The notes under the pieces: generated by a model
What the model was told of the DNA's origin: nothing
The model's input: only the letters and a program-made list of their open reading frames with translations
Database searches by the model: none
Source of the DNA: a virus
Taxonomy: Duplodnaviria; Heunggongvirae; Uroviricota; Caudoviricetes
Direction: 5' to 3' (one strand)
IMG/VR virus record: IMGVR_UViG_2667527993_000018
DNA: 38,304 nucleotides
Part shown: piece by piece, positions 17,879-27,535 of the stretch
Layout of the letters: every line of letters begins with the position of its first letter
Position numbering within the stretch: position 1 is the stretch's first letter
Position numbers and translations under genes: made by a program

Positions 17879-18294
17879 ATGAAGCCCTTCTGGTTGCGCC
17901 CGAATACCGCTGCATCAGACTGAACCTGTGGTAAATCCCCGGATTCAGGGGCCGCACCGTTCGTATCCACACCGACCGGCACATTGCCGTTCATGACATC
18001 TTTCAGCCAGGCCAGCGCTTCACGGTAACGGTCACGCGCCTGATCGGAGGCTCGCTGATCGCACAGGTAATAAAAGGCAATCGCGCAACAGTGCTGAACA
18101 AGAACGGCCGGAATAACCTCCAGCGGCAACGTGTAACGGGCGGACAGATAGCTGTCGATAAGGGCTGACGCATCTGTCAGCGCCCGGTTCAGCTTGCGCG
18201 TGTCCGGCTCATCCGAACGGGGCACAGCCAGTAACGGCCTGAGCAAATCCTCGCGGTAACGCGCCCGCATATCGGTTTCAGTGGCGTAATTCAT
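17875..18294 (-). CDS. Head-tail connector protein, Mu gp36-like
   Basis: 139-aa ORF in conserved position. Confidence 0.55.
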   Translation of the reverse strand: MNYATETDMRARYREDLLRPLLAVPRSDEPDTRKLNRALTDASALIDSYLSARYTLPLEVIPAVLVQHCCAIAFYYLCDQRASDQARDRYREALAWLKDVMNGNVPVGVDTNGAAPESGDLPQVQSDAAVFGRNQKGFI

Positions 18295-18683
18295 GCACGG
18301 GCCTGTTCCGCTTTGTTACCGGTCTTTTTCCGGGGAGCATCCTGTCCGGCTTCGGCTTCGGCTTCGGCTTCGGCTTCGGCTTCGGCTTCGGCTTCGGCTT
18401 CGGCTAAATCTGTACCGGCCACTGCATGAACCACACCCGCCACGCTCCCCGCATCATCAGCAGACGTCTGTAGTATTCGCACAGTGAGGCATGGCTCCTC
18501 CTCCAGTCGGGCAAGCTGCTCCGGGGTGACCTCAACCTGCTGACGTCCACGCGTGAACAGGAACCCCGCACGACGAAACGCCGAACGACTGCAACGCACT
18601 TCTGCCAGCACCGTGACAGAATTGTCACCACTGACCTGAAGACCTGAATCATCTGTTGCTGCCACAGTGTGATGTTCATTCAT
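18291..18683 (-). CDS. Head-associated protein with (Glu-Ala)n repeat tract, Mu gp35-position
   Basis: 130-aa ORF immediately after the major head gene; contains an in-frame run of about nine EA dipeptides. Confidence 0.5.
   Translation of the reverse strand: MNEHHTVAATDDSGLQVSGDNSVTVLAEVRCSRSAFRRAGFLFTRGRQQVEVTPEQLARLEEEPCLTVRILQTSADDAGSVAGVVHAVAGTDLAEAEAEAEAEAEAEAEAEAGQDAPRKKTGNKAEQARA
18347..18404. repeat. Perfect tandem hexanucleotide repeat (GGCTTC), ~9.7 copies
   Basis: Directly visible in sequence; encodes the EA tract on the minus strand; unit length is a multiple of 3. Confidence 0.95.
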
Positions 18684-18726
18684 ATTTGCCCTCCGCAGGG
18701 GCCGGGCCGTAAGCCCGGCTCACCGT

Positions 18727-19674
18727 TTACAGATAATCCGCGACAACCAGCTCCAGCTTACCCTTCATCTCGTTAGAGACGGTTGCGTTTCCGTCTGCGA
18801 ACAGTTCACGCTCCAGCAGCTGCACCGCCTGTTTTTCCAGCGAGGTGGGGACAACAATATGGGTGGGTTTAATGCCGAGTTTGCGGCCACCGTCAGCGGT
18901 AAATTCGCGCATGGCTGACCAGCCGTGCCACAGTGCATCCAGCGTCAGCGGTGACTGCATCATGTAGGCCATCTGCCAGAAGCCGTAGCCCACATTGCGA
19001 CGGGCGGATGCACCAAACACAAATTCGTTATCGGTGAATGCGCGACCTTCATCGACTTTGGTCTGGGCAACCAGTTCAGCCTTACGGCGATCCTGATAAA
19101 TCAGCGGTTTTACCGCGCGGGAGCAGTCAAGCAGATACCAGGCCGGACCGCTGTAATCAGCCTGTGCGCCGACAGAGCCGGTTTTTGCCACAAACATATT
19201 GCTGACCATCTGCGCATCCCCGGAGCCATCCACTTTGGGGTAAACCGGATGTTCGGTATCAAAGAAGTTCTGACCGTCATAGCAGGCCGCACTGATCCCG
19301 TCACGCAGGGCAGCAAAGACCAGCTCATCCGGTTGTACCGCCGCAGCGCGCCCCATCTCCTGGAACAACGGGGAATAAATACCGAGGTTGTCGTCTTCGA
19401 AGTCATCGCGGCTAATGGCGACAGTGCCTTCAAAAGTTTTGTTCACGATGGCATAGCCATAGGCTTTCATCTTCTCGATGACGCGGGAGCCGATCCACTC
19501 ACGGAACTGCGGGAACTGCCCCAGCCAGCCGTAGGTGTTGGATTTCGATGTGGAGGGCACGGTCATCGCAATTTTTTTATACTGCGACGGGGCCATGGAC
19601 ATCCCGGCCTGAAAATCAGAACGGTAGCCCGTCATCAGGGCTGTGATCATCGCCGGTGTAATCGGGGTAGGCAT
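18727..19674 (-). CDS. Major head (capsid) subunit, Mu T-like
   Basis: 315-aa ORF directly after the protease/scaffold gene with ATG overlapping its stop. Confidence 0.8.
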   Translation of the reverse strand: MPTPITPAMITALMTGYRSDFQAGMSMAPSQYKKIAMTVPSTSKSNTYGWLGQFPQFREWIGSRVIEKMKAYGYAIVNKTFEGTVAISRDDFEDDNLGIYSPLFQEMGRAAAVQPDELVFAALRDGISAACYDGQNFFDTEHPVYPKVDGSGDAQMVSNMFVAKTGSVGAQADYSGPAWYLLDCSRAVKPLIYQDRRKAELVAQTKVDEGRAFTDNEFVFGASARRNVGYGFWQMAYMMQSPLTLDALWHGWSAMREFTADGGRKLGIKPTHIVVPTSLEKQAVQLLERELFADGNATVSNEMKGKLELVVADYL

Positions 19675-20798
19675 TATTGCATTTCCTCTTTCATTTTCAG
19701 GAACTCGGCTTCGGTTTTACCCAGCAGTTTGGCGGCCGCGATATCTTCAGCCGACAGCGCAGCGGTGGCAGTCTTTTTATCCGGCACGGTCACGGTGTCG
19801 GTCTGAAGAGAGGTCAGGGCCGCAACCGGCTGGCGGGCGTCAAGCTGTGCAGAAAGTGCCGCAACGCCAATCTGCCCGCCCAGTTGTTCCAGATAGCCGC
19901 GTTCGCTTTTGAAGATGCGCCCTTCGGATTCAGCCTTGTCCAGCACCTGCTCCAGCGTGGTGCTGCCGTGCTGCGCCGACAGCGCAACGTATTCGGTACG
20001 CAGGGCGTTATACGTTTCAACGGGCACGTATTTCGTCAGATCAATAATGCCGCCAGCCGGTGTGCCTTTTGCGGTTTCCAGCTCTGCCGACAGACTGGCG
20101 ACCTGTGTTTTCAGGTTGTCGTGTGCATCCGCACGGGTTTTGATCCCGGTGAGGGCAGACAGCGCCGCCGTGCCCAGCTCCGGCGTAAATTCGTCACCGT
20201 CAGCCACGGTCAGACCGAGCGCCGTCAGCAACTGGCGTAATTGCTCATTCATGGAGGTATCCTTTAAAGGAGGGTTTAAGGCGTTATAAAGGTCATCCGC
20301 CGACAGCGCGGCGACAGGATTCATGCCGGTCAGACCGGGGTCACCGGTAATAGCCAGCATCCGAAGTTCGACAGGTTCGCCGGTGTTCTCGTCATAGCCA
20401 ATCACCGGTGAAAACCAGGGGAATTCGTTATTACGCAGATGTTCAAGGGCCGGAGGGTTCCACTTCGGGCGCACCTCGAAGCCACGCTCTTCACTGAAGC
20501 GAAAATTCTCCGGTGAGGCCATCACAAAACCGGCAGCCGGTGCCTGATGCCCCTTAATCAGGGTCTGGTGGTTGTAGTCAATTTTCACCGGCTGATTGAG
20601 CGCCACAACCCGGGATACCATGCGCTCAACGGTCGCACGGTTAATCAGCCAGCCCTCGGCCGGTTTTTCCGGGCGACCGTCACGGGCCTTTACCCGACCG
20701 GCTGGCATGATCTGACACCAGTCACCGTCCCCGTCTGCGGACAGGCTGATGGCATTCAGAATGGCATAAGCAAGTTTGGGCGTGTTTTTCGTCTTCAT
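19674..20798 (-). CDS. Head maturation protease / scaffold, Mu I-like (with in-frame Z-like C-terminal part)
   Basis: 374-aa ORF upstream of the major head gene; Ala/Leu-rich coiled C-terminal half consistent with scaffold. Confidence 0.8.
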   Translation of the reverse strand: MKTKNTPKLAYAILNAISLSADGDGDWCQIMPAGRVKARDGRPEKPAEGWLINRATVERMVSRVVALNQPVKIDYNHQTLIKGHQAPAAGFVMASPENFRFSEERGFEVRPKWNPPALEHLRNNEFPWFSPVIGYDENTGEPVELRMLAITGDPGLTGMNPVAALSADDLYNALNPPLKDTSMNEQLRQLLTALGLTVADGDEFTPELGTAALSALTGIKTRADAHDNLKTQVASLSAELETAKGTPAGGIIDLTKYVPVETYNALRTEYVALSAQHGSTTLEQVLDKAESEGRIFKSERGYLEQLGGQIGVAALSAQLDARQPVAALTSLQTDTVTVPDKKTATAALSAEDIAAAKLLGKTEAEFLKMKEEMQ

Positions 20799-20974
20799 TC
20801 CGGCAGCATAAGCCGGGAATTTTCAGGGCGGGTTTTGCGGGATTTCAGGAAGTGCTTCCAGGGGAAAAATACAAAGGCGCTTCACGCAGATTTTAAAGCC
20901 CGTTAAATACAGGTTAGAAAATCACGACACGCGCCTGAAGGGGGTAAGGTAATGCATTTGCATACCTTAAACAA
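20799..20974 (-). promoter_or_regulatory. G-I intergenic region: candidate late promoter and possible strong gyrase site analogue
   Basis: 176-bp non-coding gap in an otherwise tightly packed late region; contains inverted repeat AAGGTA...TACCTT (around 20945-20970) and a hairpin over the I start region. In Mu the equivalent gap holds the I promoter and the central strong gyrase site. Confidence 0.35.
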
Positions 20975-21448
20975 TTAAGGCGTTTCTGTGGCCTTTTTAA
21001 AGCGTTTTCTGATTTCGTCCATGATCTCCTGCTCTGCCACCTGATCAAAGCCCATATACGGGCGTGCGCCAATGGCCGCCGGTCCCGGTGGCATACCAGG
21101 CAGGCCACCCCACTGATGAATGGCCGCATAAGGCTCATTTGATCCAATCAGCGCCCAGGTATCGCCATAATCCGTGGTCAGGCGTCGGGCCAGATCGCCG
21201 TTCAGCGTCAGGATTTTGCCGGGCATGTATCCCTTACGGGTACGCCACTTGCGGTAAGGATCTGACCAGTCATGCCAGCGTTCGCCGTCCGGCTCTTTTT
21301 CCTGTTCAAACGCCATTTCTGACGATGACAGAAGACTCGCCGCCACACTGCGGGCCAGGTCTTTCCCTCCACCCACAAACTGAAGCCGGGCAAAGACCCG
21401 CTGGAGACGCGTAACGTCAACAACGACAGCGGCATCAATGGATGACAT
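20975..21448 (-). CDS. Virion morphogenesis protein, Mu G-like
   Basis: 157-aa ORF between the F-like and I-like genes. Confidence 0.7.
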   Translation of the reverse strand: MSSIDAAVVVDVTRLQRVFARLQFVGGGKDLARSVAASLLSSSEMAFEQEKEPDGERWHDWSDPYRKWRTRKGYMPGKILTLNGDLARRLTTDYGDTWALIGSNEPYAAIHQWGGLPGMPPGPAAIGARPYMGFDQVAEQEIMDEIRKRFKKATETP

Positions 21449-21569
21449 ATTGCCTCCGCATAAAGGATGAATATAAAATAAACAGGCGGTCAGTGTACGC
21501 TTAACTGGTAAAGTCGGTGCCTGCCTCCGGGTGGATCATGTATGCGGGTTCAACCCCCGCCACTGACCG

Positions 21570-22901
21570 TTAATCAATATCTCCTTCCAGTACCTCAAGC
21601 ATTCCACCCCGGATATCCGATTTCAGCTTATCCATATTGATAACCCGGTAAGCATTCACAATCACATCCAGTTTATCCGGCTGACGCTTCAGGCTGTACG
21701 GCGCATTAACGGCAATCTGCACACTGCTATCCTTACTTTCCACGATATACATCAGATTGTTGTGGCGTTTGTCCCACAGCACCGCTTTTGGCTTTGCCAG
21801 CATTGCCGGTAATCGACCGAAATCCTCCGGCGTCAGGGCGATACCGTCATTCTGATGTTTCATGCTGTCCGCATGGAGCACATTTTTACCGCTCATCGCC
21901 AGCAGGCGGGCCGGTGGCGTTCCCGTCCGGCTTTCCACCGCCTGCGCAATGCTTTCGGTCATAAAGCCCAGCGTGCGGATATCGTTACCGCCTCGCCGGG
22001 TTTTCATGATGTTTTTTGCCCAGATGCGGAACGCCAGCTGCCGCTCCGGGCTGTTGTTCATCTCCTGCACTACCATTTCCCGCAGCGCCGGGCTTTTCAC
22101 CTCGATCAGTTTACGGATCAACGCCTGGTCTGTGCCGAACGCCGCCGAGCCGGGGTTATATGACCAGCCCACATCCGGTGTCATGGTTCTGGTGCCATCT
22201 GAATATGTGGTCACCGGCATTTCTCTGACTTCTCCGGTCTGCTTATCCACGCCAGCCTCAACATTGCGGGTGGAAAGATGATCCTGACCGGATGAAACGG
22301 ATAACCCCATTGCATCCAGACGGGTCTGAGACAATGGCCGGACACGGCAGCGGCAGTTCCAGCCATTGGGTGGGTAGTGTGTATTCCAGAACGGATCGTC
22401 ATAGCGGAATACCTGCCCGTTAAGGGCGGAATGCGCCGGGCGGGTGCGGCTGTCCATCACCGCCACATACTGCCAGAACGGATGCGTGTCCGTGTTGTTC
22501 ATCATCTGCGTGTAACGCCCGGCATTGTAAGCCACGCGGGTGTTCACGTTGTAAATCAGCGCCAGACGGCGGGGACTGCCCAGTTGCACTTCTTCTGCGT
22601 TACCGGCGCTGTCCACCACAATCTGCTTTCCCCACCATCCCAGCTTTTGCAGGCGGGGTGTCAGTGTGCGGATAAATGCTTTCTGTGAAATCCCCTCATC
22701 AACAGCACGCTGCACTTCCGCCTGTAGTGTGGTCAGTACGTCCAGGCGTGCCACTTTTGCCGCCGTGAATGAACGGGCATGAACATCCGCGTCTGTTTCG
22801 AACCAGTTCCAGCTGATATGCGCCCCTTTGGCGCGGAAGTATGCCACCGCCTCTTTTGAGGGAAGCGTGGCGGCATAACCTAAATCAATCCCCTGTGCCA
22901 T
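21570..22901 (-). CDS. Head morphogenesis protein, Mu F (gp30)-like
   Basis: 443-aa ORF after the portal gene; contains NGWNCRCRV motif typical of the F / SPP1 gp7 family. Confidence 0.8.
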   Translation of the reverse strand: MAQGIDLGYAATLPSKEAVAYFRAKGAHISWNWFETDADVHARSFTAAKVARLDVLTTLQAEVQRAVDEGISQKAFIRTLTPRLQKLGWWGKQIVVDSAGNAEEVQLGSPRRLALIYNVNTRVAYNAGRYTQMMNNTDTHPFWQYVAVMDSRTRPAHSALNGQVFRYDDPFWNTHYPPNGWNCRCRVRPLSQTRLDAMGLSVSSGQDHLSTRNVEAGVDKQTGEVREMPVTTYSDGTRTMTPDVGWSYNPGSAAFGTDQALIRKLIEVKSPALREMVVQEMNNSPERQLAFRIWAKNIMKTRRGGNDIRTLGFMTESIAQAVESRTGTPPARLLAMSGKNVLHADSMKHQNDGIALTPEDFGRLPAMLAKPKAVLWDKRHNNLMYIVESKDSSVQIAVNAPYSLKRQPDKLDVIVNAYRVINMDKLKSDIRGGMLEVLEGDID

Positions 22902-24483
22902 CCAGCATCCCCTTCATTTCCGCAGCAAACATGGCATCACTGAGCAGCGTCATCAGGCGGGAATCATCCATTTCACGGTAAAGGGCAGGCAGGTCTGCCA
23001 GTGCCTCCGCCAGCCCCCGCGTTCTGATGGCTTCAATGACCGGCTCCAGTACCGGGTCGATGGCCTCCTGTAACCGGCGGGCAGGCACCGCATCCCCCAT
23101 GTCGTCCAGTTCATCTCGGGGGCTGCTCTTCGCTTCCGGCAGTCTGGCAGCCAGCGCTGTCTGCTCTGTCTTCTCCTGTTTTTCCGGTGGCATCTCTTTG
23201 TCTGTCTGAGCAGGTTCATTGCCACTCTGACGGACACGGAAGATGGCTTCACCGGGGGCAGGCTGTGGAATACCGGTCTGCTCCCGCACCCAGGGATCAG
23301 GAATATCCATCCCCGTACTGAGCTGCATCACCGCACTGGTGATTTTGGTGATATCCCCCGGCTCTTTTGTCTGGAAACAGATACGCGGCAGGCGACGGAT
23401 ATCAATGGCGTGGGCGGTGTTCAGGGCATACAGCGGATACACCAGATCGCGGTTCAGCGTGGCGGCCAGCTGACGTAAATCAGAATCCCTGATTTCCCGG
23501 CGCACCTCGTTATGCACTTCACCCAGCGAACGTGCGCCCTTGTCTCCGGCTTCCGTGGTCAGCGTGCCGCCGAGGATAGCTTTGGAGATGGAACGCTCCC
23601 CCCACGAAATCATGGTTTCAAACGGATCGGCCTGACCGTTCGCTGCCGCCTGAAACTCCAGCGACATCCCGGCCGGGATGATCCCGCCTGTACGTCGCCC
23701 GATATCCATCACCGCCCGCATCAGGGCGCTTTTCTGCTCCGGTGTTGCCCCGGACGGGTATTTACCGACCTTCATCGGCAGGCCGTACACCTCCAGAAAT
23801 TCAGCCAGATCGCGCACGGAATAGTTTTTGAAAATGAACGGCCAGATAAGCGTTCTGACAAGCCCCGTCGCACCACCGTAGCCAGTGCGTGAACGCGACT
23901 GATGCACTATCCAGCCAAAGGGCTGAAACGCCACCCCGGCATGGCTGCCGTCACGCAGCCGCAGTTCGCTCAAATCATCCGGGTTAAGGCAGAAATGCCC
24001 GCTGTCACGCCAGCGGATGGCGCGGATGATGTGCATTTTACCGAGCATCCCGTGCTCAATCTCCATGCAGGAATAGCCTTTCAGGATGGCATCGGTGGCA
24101 TCAAACAGCATGGCATCAAACCAGTCGGCGGAATGCAGGTATTCGTCGAGCATTTCCGCGTCCTTTTTCTCATTCGCGCTGGCGTTCGGGGGCGGCTCAA
24201 TACTCCAGGGCACCCCCTGAATGGCAAGACGTCGCTTGCCCAGCTCTGCAAAAAGATGGGTATCCTTTTCTTCAATGTCAGCGGCCAGATCGGACTGGGC
24301 AATCAGATCGCCACGTTCAGCCCCGCGAAGGCACTGTGCCGCCCGGTTCGGGGTGATACCCGAGGCCGGATGTTCAATATAACGGCTGGCAATCTGCGGA
24401 ATATCCAGCACGGCACTCTGCATCTCCGGGTCAAAGGAGAAAGGTTTTCCGTCAAGATCAATTATGCGTCCCACTACCAGCAC
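22885..24483 (-). CDS. Portal protein, Mu H (gp29)-like
   Basis: 532-aa ORF directly downstream of the large terminase gene. Confidence 0.85.
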   Translation of the reverse strand: MLVVGRIIDLDGKPFSFDPEMQSAVLDIPQIASRYIEHPASGITPNRAAQCLRGAERGDLIAQSDLAADIEEKDTHLFAELGKRRLAIQGVPWSIEPPPNASANEKKDAEMLDEYLHSADWFDAMLFDATDAILKGYSCMEIEHGMLGKMHIIRAIRWRDSGHFCLNPDDLSELRLRDGSHAGVAFQPFGWIVHQSRSRTGYGGATGLVRTLIWPFIFKNYSVRDLAEFLEVYGLPMKVGKYPSGATPEQKSALMRAVMDIGRRTGGIIPAGMSLEFQAAANGQADPFETMISWGERSISKAILGGTLTTEAGDKGARSLGEVHNEVRREIRDSDLRQLAATLNRDLVYPLYALNTAHAIDIRRLPRICFQTKEPGDITKITSAVMQLSTGMDIPDPWVREQTGIPQPAPGEAIFRVRQSGNEPAQTDKEMPPEKQEKTEQTALAARLPEAKSSPRDELDDMGDAVPARRLQEAIDPVLEPVIEAIRTRGLAEALADLPALYREMDDSRLMTLLSDAMFAAEMKGMLDGTGD

Positions 24484-26138
24484 CCCCGATCAAATTCATG
24501 ATATGCCTCATCGTCATCACGATAACCGCCCTCCATGGCCCGCGACCGCTCCGGCAGCGCCTGGCAGGCTGATTCATCCAGGATAAAGCCCTCCATGTAT
24601 GACGCCCGGTTTGCCATACAGAGCGCCACGGCAAAATCACCATGGCGGCGGGCGTTCACAGCTGTTGCGTTCTGGTCCTTCGTACGCCCCTTGTCGATTT
24701 GCGGGATACCGTTCACCACCTTCACATGGCGCAAATCATCAAGCGTGGTCTGATGGCGGGCGACGAGGATATTCTGATCCTCAAACTCGGCCTTCAGTTT
24801 TGGCATCCACTCGCCGTACCACTTCGGCGATAACATCACGCAGTCGATGATGTCCGGGCCAAAGGCCAGCAGCGCGGCTTCGGCCAGATAGCCGCCGTTA
24901 CCGGTGGCGTCGAACGCCGCACCGACCAGCGCCGGAACGCGGGTCAGGATGTACATCATCACCTGCTCCTGCTGGGCATACGGCAGGTTGCGCAGCTCCA
25001 CGCGAAACACCTCGCGTTTTGCCAGGGATTCAGTGATTTCCAGCAGCACAAAGCAGGAGAGGTCACCGGTGCGGGCAAAGTCTTCCCCGAAGCTGAAGCG
25101 GGAACGGGGATTTAACGCCTCTAAAAGCGGTTTTAAATGTTCTTCACACCAGGTTAAAACCTCCGATTCACGCAGCCATGCGGCACGGCTGATGAAGTCG
25201 TCCGGGGCTTCAAACGTCAGAATCGGGATGTCGCGGATCATCGCCATTTCAATAAGCGCGTGAGGAATATAGGCACCGCCGGATTTTTTCGGGATACAGC
25301 CGTATTCCTCGTCGGCATCCTCACGGGTCGGGGCGTTTTTGTAGAGATCATCACGCCACTTCTGCTCGCTTTCCGGTGACCATTCGCGGCCGGTGACATA
25401 ACAGATACGACGGTACAGCCCGTCCGCAATGGCATCATCCAGGGTTATGCGGTGGACACTGTAATCCTTGCGTCCCTCGCGGGCTTCCTGAATGTACTGA
25501 TTAAACAGATTATCGACGCCGTTATGCGTGGAGATAATACGCACGCGCGCGCCCCACATGGTGAGCGCCATTGCCGCCTTGAGAAGCTCATCCAGTGACT
25601 CGTGGAACGCGGCTTCATCAATCACCACATCCCCCTGAAGGCCGCGCAGGTTTGACGGACGGGAAGACAGTGCCTGAATTTTGAATCCACTGTTCGGAAA
25701 GCGGATCATGTAGGTCAGAATTTCTTCTTTTTTATCCCGATCCCAGAAGGTCTGCTCATACACATCAGCATCGGCCAGCTGGTTAAAGGCACGGGAGAAC
25801 AGTGCGCAGGCAGAAATATATTCCAGCGCCATCTCCTGCTTTGACCCCACATAAAACACATTACGGCCACCACGACGCTTAGGCTTTGCGGCGGTAATGA
25901 CGTTACGCCCGGCTTCCGCCCAGGTAAGCCCGGTGCGGCGGGATTTTTCCGCGATGCAGACCTCACTTTCATCCTCAAACCAGCGGGCCTGATAATCCAG
26001 AAACACCGGCATATCACCGGGCAAATCAAGGCTGTCCGGCACATCCACGCCCAGCAGGGCTTTTTCACCGGCCAGATCAATTTTGCGGGTGGAGACGGTA
26101 TTCGTCAGTAAGGGGGAGAGTTCTTCGGCGTTATTCAT
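24474..26138 (-). CDS. Terminase large subunit, Mu E (gp28)-like
   Basis: 554-aa ORF preceded by a small-subunit-like gene and followed by portal. Confidence 0.85.
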   Translation of the reverse strand: MNNAEELSPLLTNTVSTRKIDLAGEKALLGVDVPDSLDLPGDMPVFLDYQARWFEDESEVCIAEKSRRTGLTWAEAGRNVITAAKPKRRGGRNVFYVGSKQEMALEYISACALFSRAFNQLADADVYEQTFWDRDKKEEILTYMIRFPNSGFKIQALSSRPSNLRGLQGDVVIDEAAFHESLDELLKAAMALTMWGARVRIISTHNGVDNLFNQYIQEAREGRKDYSVHRITLDDAIADGLYRRICYVTGREWSPESEQKWRDDLYKNAPTREDADEEYGCIPKKSGGAYIPHALIEMAMIRDIPILTFEAPDDFISRAAWLRESEVLTWCEEHLKPLLEALNPRSRFSFGEDFARTGDLSCFVLLEITESLAKREVFRVELRNLPYAQQEQVMMYILTRVPALVGAAFDATGNGGYLAEAALLAFGPDIIDCVMLSPKWYGEWMPKLKAEFEDQNILVARHQTTLDDLRHVKVVNGIPQIDKGRTKDQNATAVNARRHGDFAVALCMANRASYMEGFILDESACQALPERSRAMEGGYRDDDEAYHEFDRGCW

Positions 26139-26719
26139 CAGGCTTTACCCAACAGAATTCCCTTAATACGGGACTCAAGCTGTTCACTCATCCCGTCCAC
26201 GCCGCGCAGCTCGTCGGTAACCGCGTTTGCCATCTCTTCAGCAAATGCAGCCCGGATTTCTTTTTCACGTTTAATGCTGCGCTCGGCGGCACTTTCCGCA
26301 CGCTGTGCTGACAGGAGGATGTCCTTAATAAGACGCATATCCACGTCGCTGTCACTGTTCAGGGATTCGGTCGCGGCACGCAGACGGCGGTACATCAGGG
26401 CGCGGGACATCTCCAGAATCAGTGCCGTGGTTTCACCGGTCGGCTTGTCCCCCAGTTCGGCCATCATGGCTTTTGTCTGCTCGCGTAAATCACGCAGGTT
26501 ACGGGCAATCAGCTCATTACGGGAGGCTTCCCGGCTGATGGCCGCCGGTGAAAGCTGCTGCTCTTCCGGCAGGCCTGCCTCGCGGATCAGACGGTTGATT
26601 TCCTCGCGGATCTGGACCTGCGTCAGACGTTTTTCACGCAGCATTTCCAGCAGTGGCTTACGGATGCTGTCGGGGAGCAAATCCACCTTGCGCACGCGGC
26701 CACGCGTCGGCTTGTCCAT
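26138..26719 (-). CDS. Terminase small subunit-like protein, Mu D (gp27)-like
   Basis: 193-aa basic/acidic helical protein immediately upstream of and overlapping the large terminase start. Confidence 0.6.
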   Translation of the reverse strand: MDKPTRGRVRKVDLLPDSIRKPLLEMLREKRLTQVQIREEINRLIREAGLPEEQQLSPAAISREASRNELIARNLRDLREQTKAMMAELGDKPTGETTALILEMSRALMYRRLRAATESLNSDSDVDMRLIKDILLSAQRAESAAERSIKREKEIRAAFAEEMANAVTDELRGVDGMSEQLESRIKGILLGKA

Positions 26720-26721
26720 CG

Positions 26722-27012
26722 CTACCCCCTTGCGCGTGGTTTCTTCACACCCGGAACGGTGGCGCGGCCTTCCGCCACATCCTGACCCCGGCCGGTCAGT
26801 TCAGCGATGAAATAACCATTAACGAGCGTGCGCTTACGCACCAGCCCCTGCTCGGCAAGCCAGGCAATATGAGTATGAACGGTGTCGCGGGACACGCGGT
26901 GACCGTAATCATCCAGACAGTCCTGGAGCACGGATTCACCCAGTTCGCCGTTGTAATCCGCCAGCGACCGCAGAATGACAAGACGCTGATCTTCAGTAAT
27001 GAAATCACTCAT
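26722..27012 (-). CDS. Hypothetical protein, Mu gp26-position
   Basis: 96-aa ORF, conserved position before the terminase genes. Confidence 0.45.
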   Translation of the reverse strand: MSDFITEDQRLVILRSLADYNGELGESVLQDCLDDYGHRVSRDTVHTHIAWLAEQGLVRKRTLVNGYFIAELTGRGQDVAEGRATVPGVKKPRARG

Positions 27013-27317
27013 TGTGTTTTTTTCCTTACCGCCTGCTCCAGCAGCAGTTCGTTCTGATAGGAGACAGAGCGGAGCGTGGCGTTCGTGGTTTTCAGTTCAC
27101 CCCGCAGGGTCACGATTTCCACATTCAGACGGTTGACCTCGGCTTCTGTCGGCAGTGACGACAGGCGGGTTTCCACCTTCTCAACGCGGTCGGAGAGTTT
27201 TTCAAAGGCCTCGCGGGGGACAAACGTTTTGCGCATCAGCGCCATGAATATCCCGCCAGCGGTTGCCGTCGCCGAAAGGATCGGCACAACATAATCTTTA
27301 ACGATGCTGACCCACAT
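27009..27317 (-). CDS. Membrane protein, Mu gp25-like (candidate endolysin release factor)
   Basis: 102 aa; N-terminal hydrophobic segment (VVPILSATATAGGIFMAL) followed by a coiled-coil-like region; position downstream of the lysis genes as for Mu gp25. Confidence 0.45.
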   Translation of the reverse strand: MWVSIVKDYVVPILSATATAGGIFMALMRKTFVPREAFEKLSDRVEKVETRLSSLPTEAEVNRLNVEIVTLRGELKTTNATLRSVSYQNELLLEQAVRKKTQ

Positions 27318-27525
27318 GACGGGCCTCCATGATGTTCTGGCAGTTCACACAACGGATGGCATCCGGCACAGCAACAAGACGTGCGGCGGGGATCTCTCCG
27401 CCACAGTCCGCGCAGACACGTCTGCCCGGAGCATCCATTGCCCGGCGCTTACGTGTCAGCCGGTTACAAAGGGCGCGTTCTGATCCCCGCTCCATCACAG
27501 CCTGAGCACGATCTGAATCATCCAT
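27298..27525 (-). CDS. TraR/DksA-type C4 zinc-finger protein
   Basis: CADCGGEIP...AIRCVNCQ four-cysteine motif; AAGGAAAAAGG upstream of the ATG at 27525. Confidence 0.6.
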   Translation of the reverse strand: MDDSDRAQAVMERGSERALCNRLTRKRRAMDAPGRRVCADCGGEIPAARLVAVPDAIRCVNCQNIMEARHVGQHR

Positions 27526-27535
27526 ACCTTTTTCC

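Noticed and set aside
18293-18487. Plus-strand ORF encoding an (LR)n repeat
   Set aside because: Reverse-frame artefact of the GGCTTC microsatellite; the minus-strand EA-encoding frame is the one embedded in a gene with phage context.
19249-20289. Several 120-190-aa plus-strand ORFs
   Set aside because: All antisense to the major head and protease/scaffold genes; shadow ORFs.
23902-24501. 199-aa plus-strand ORF
   Set aside because: Antisense to the portal gene; no independent start context.
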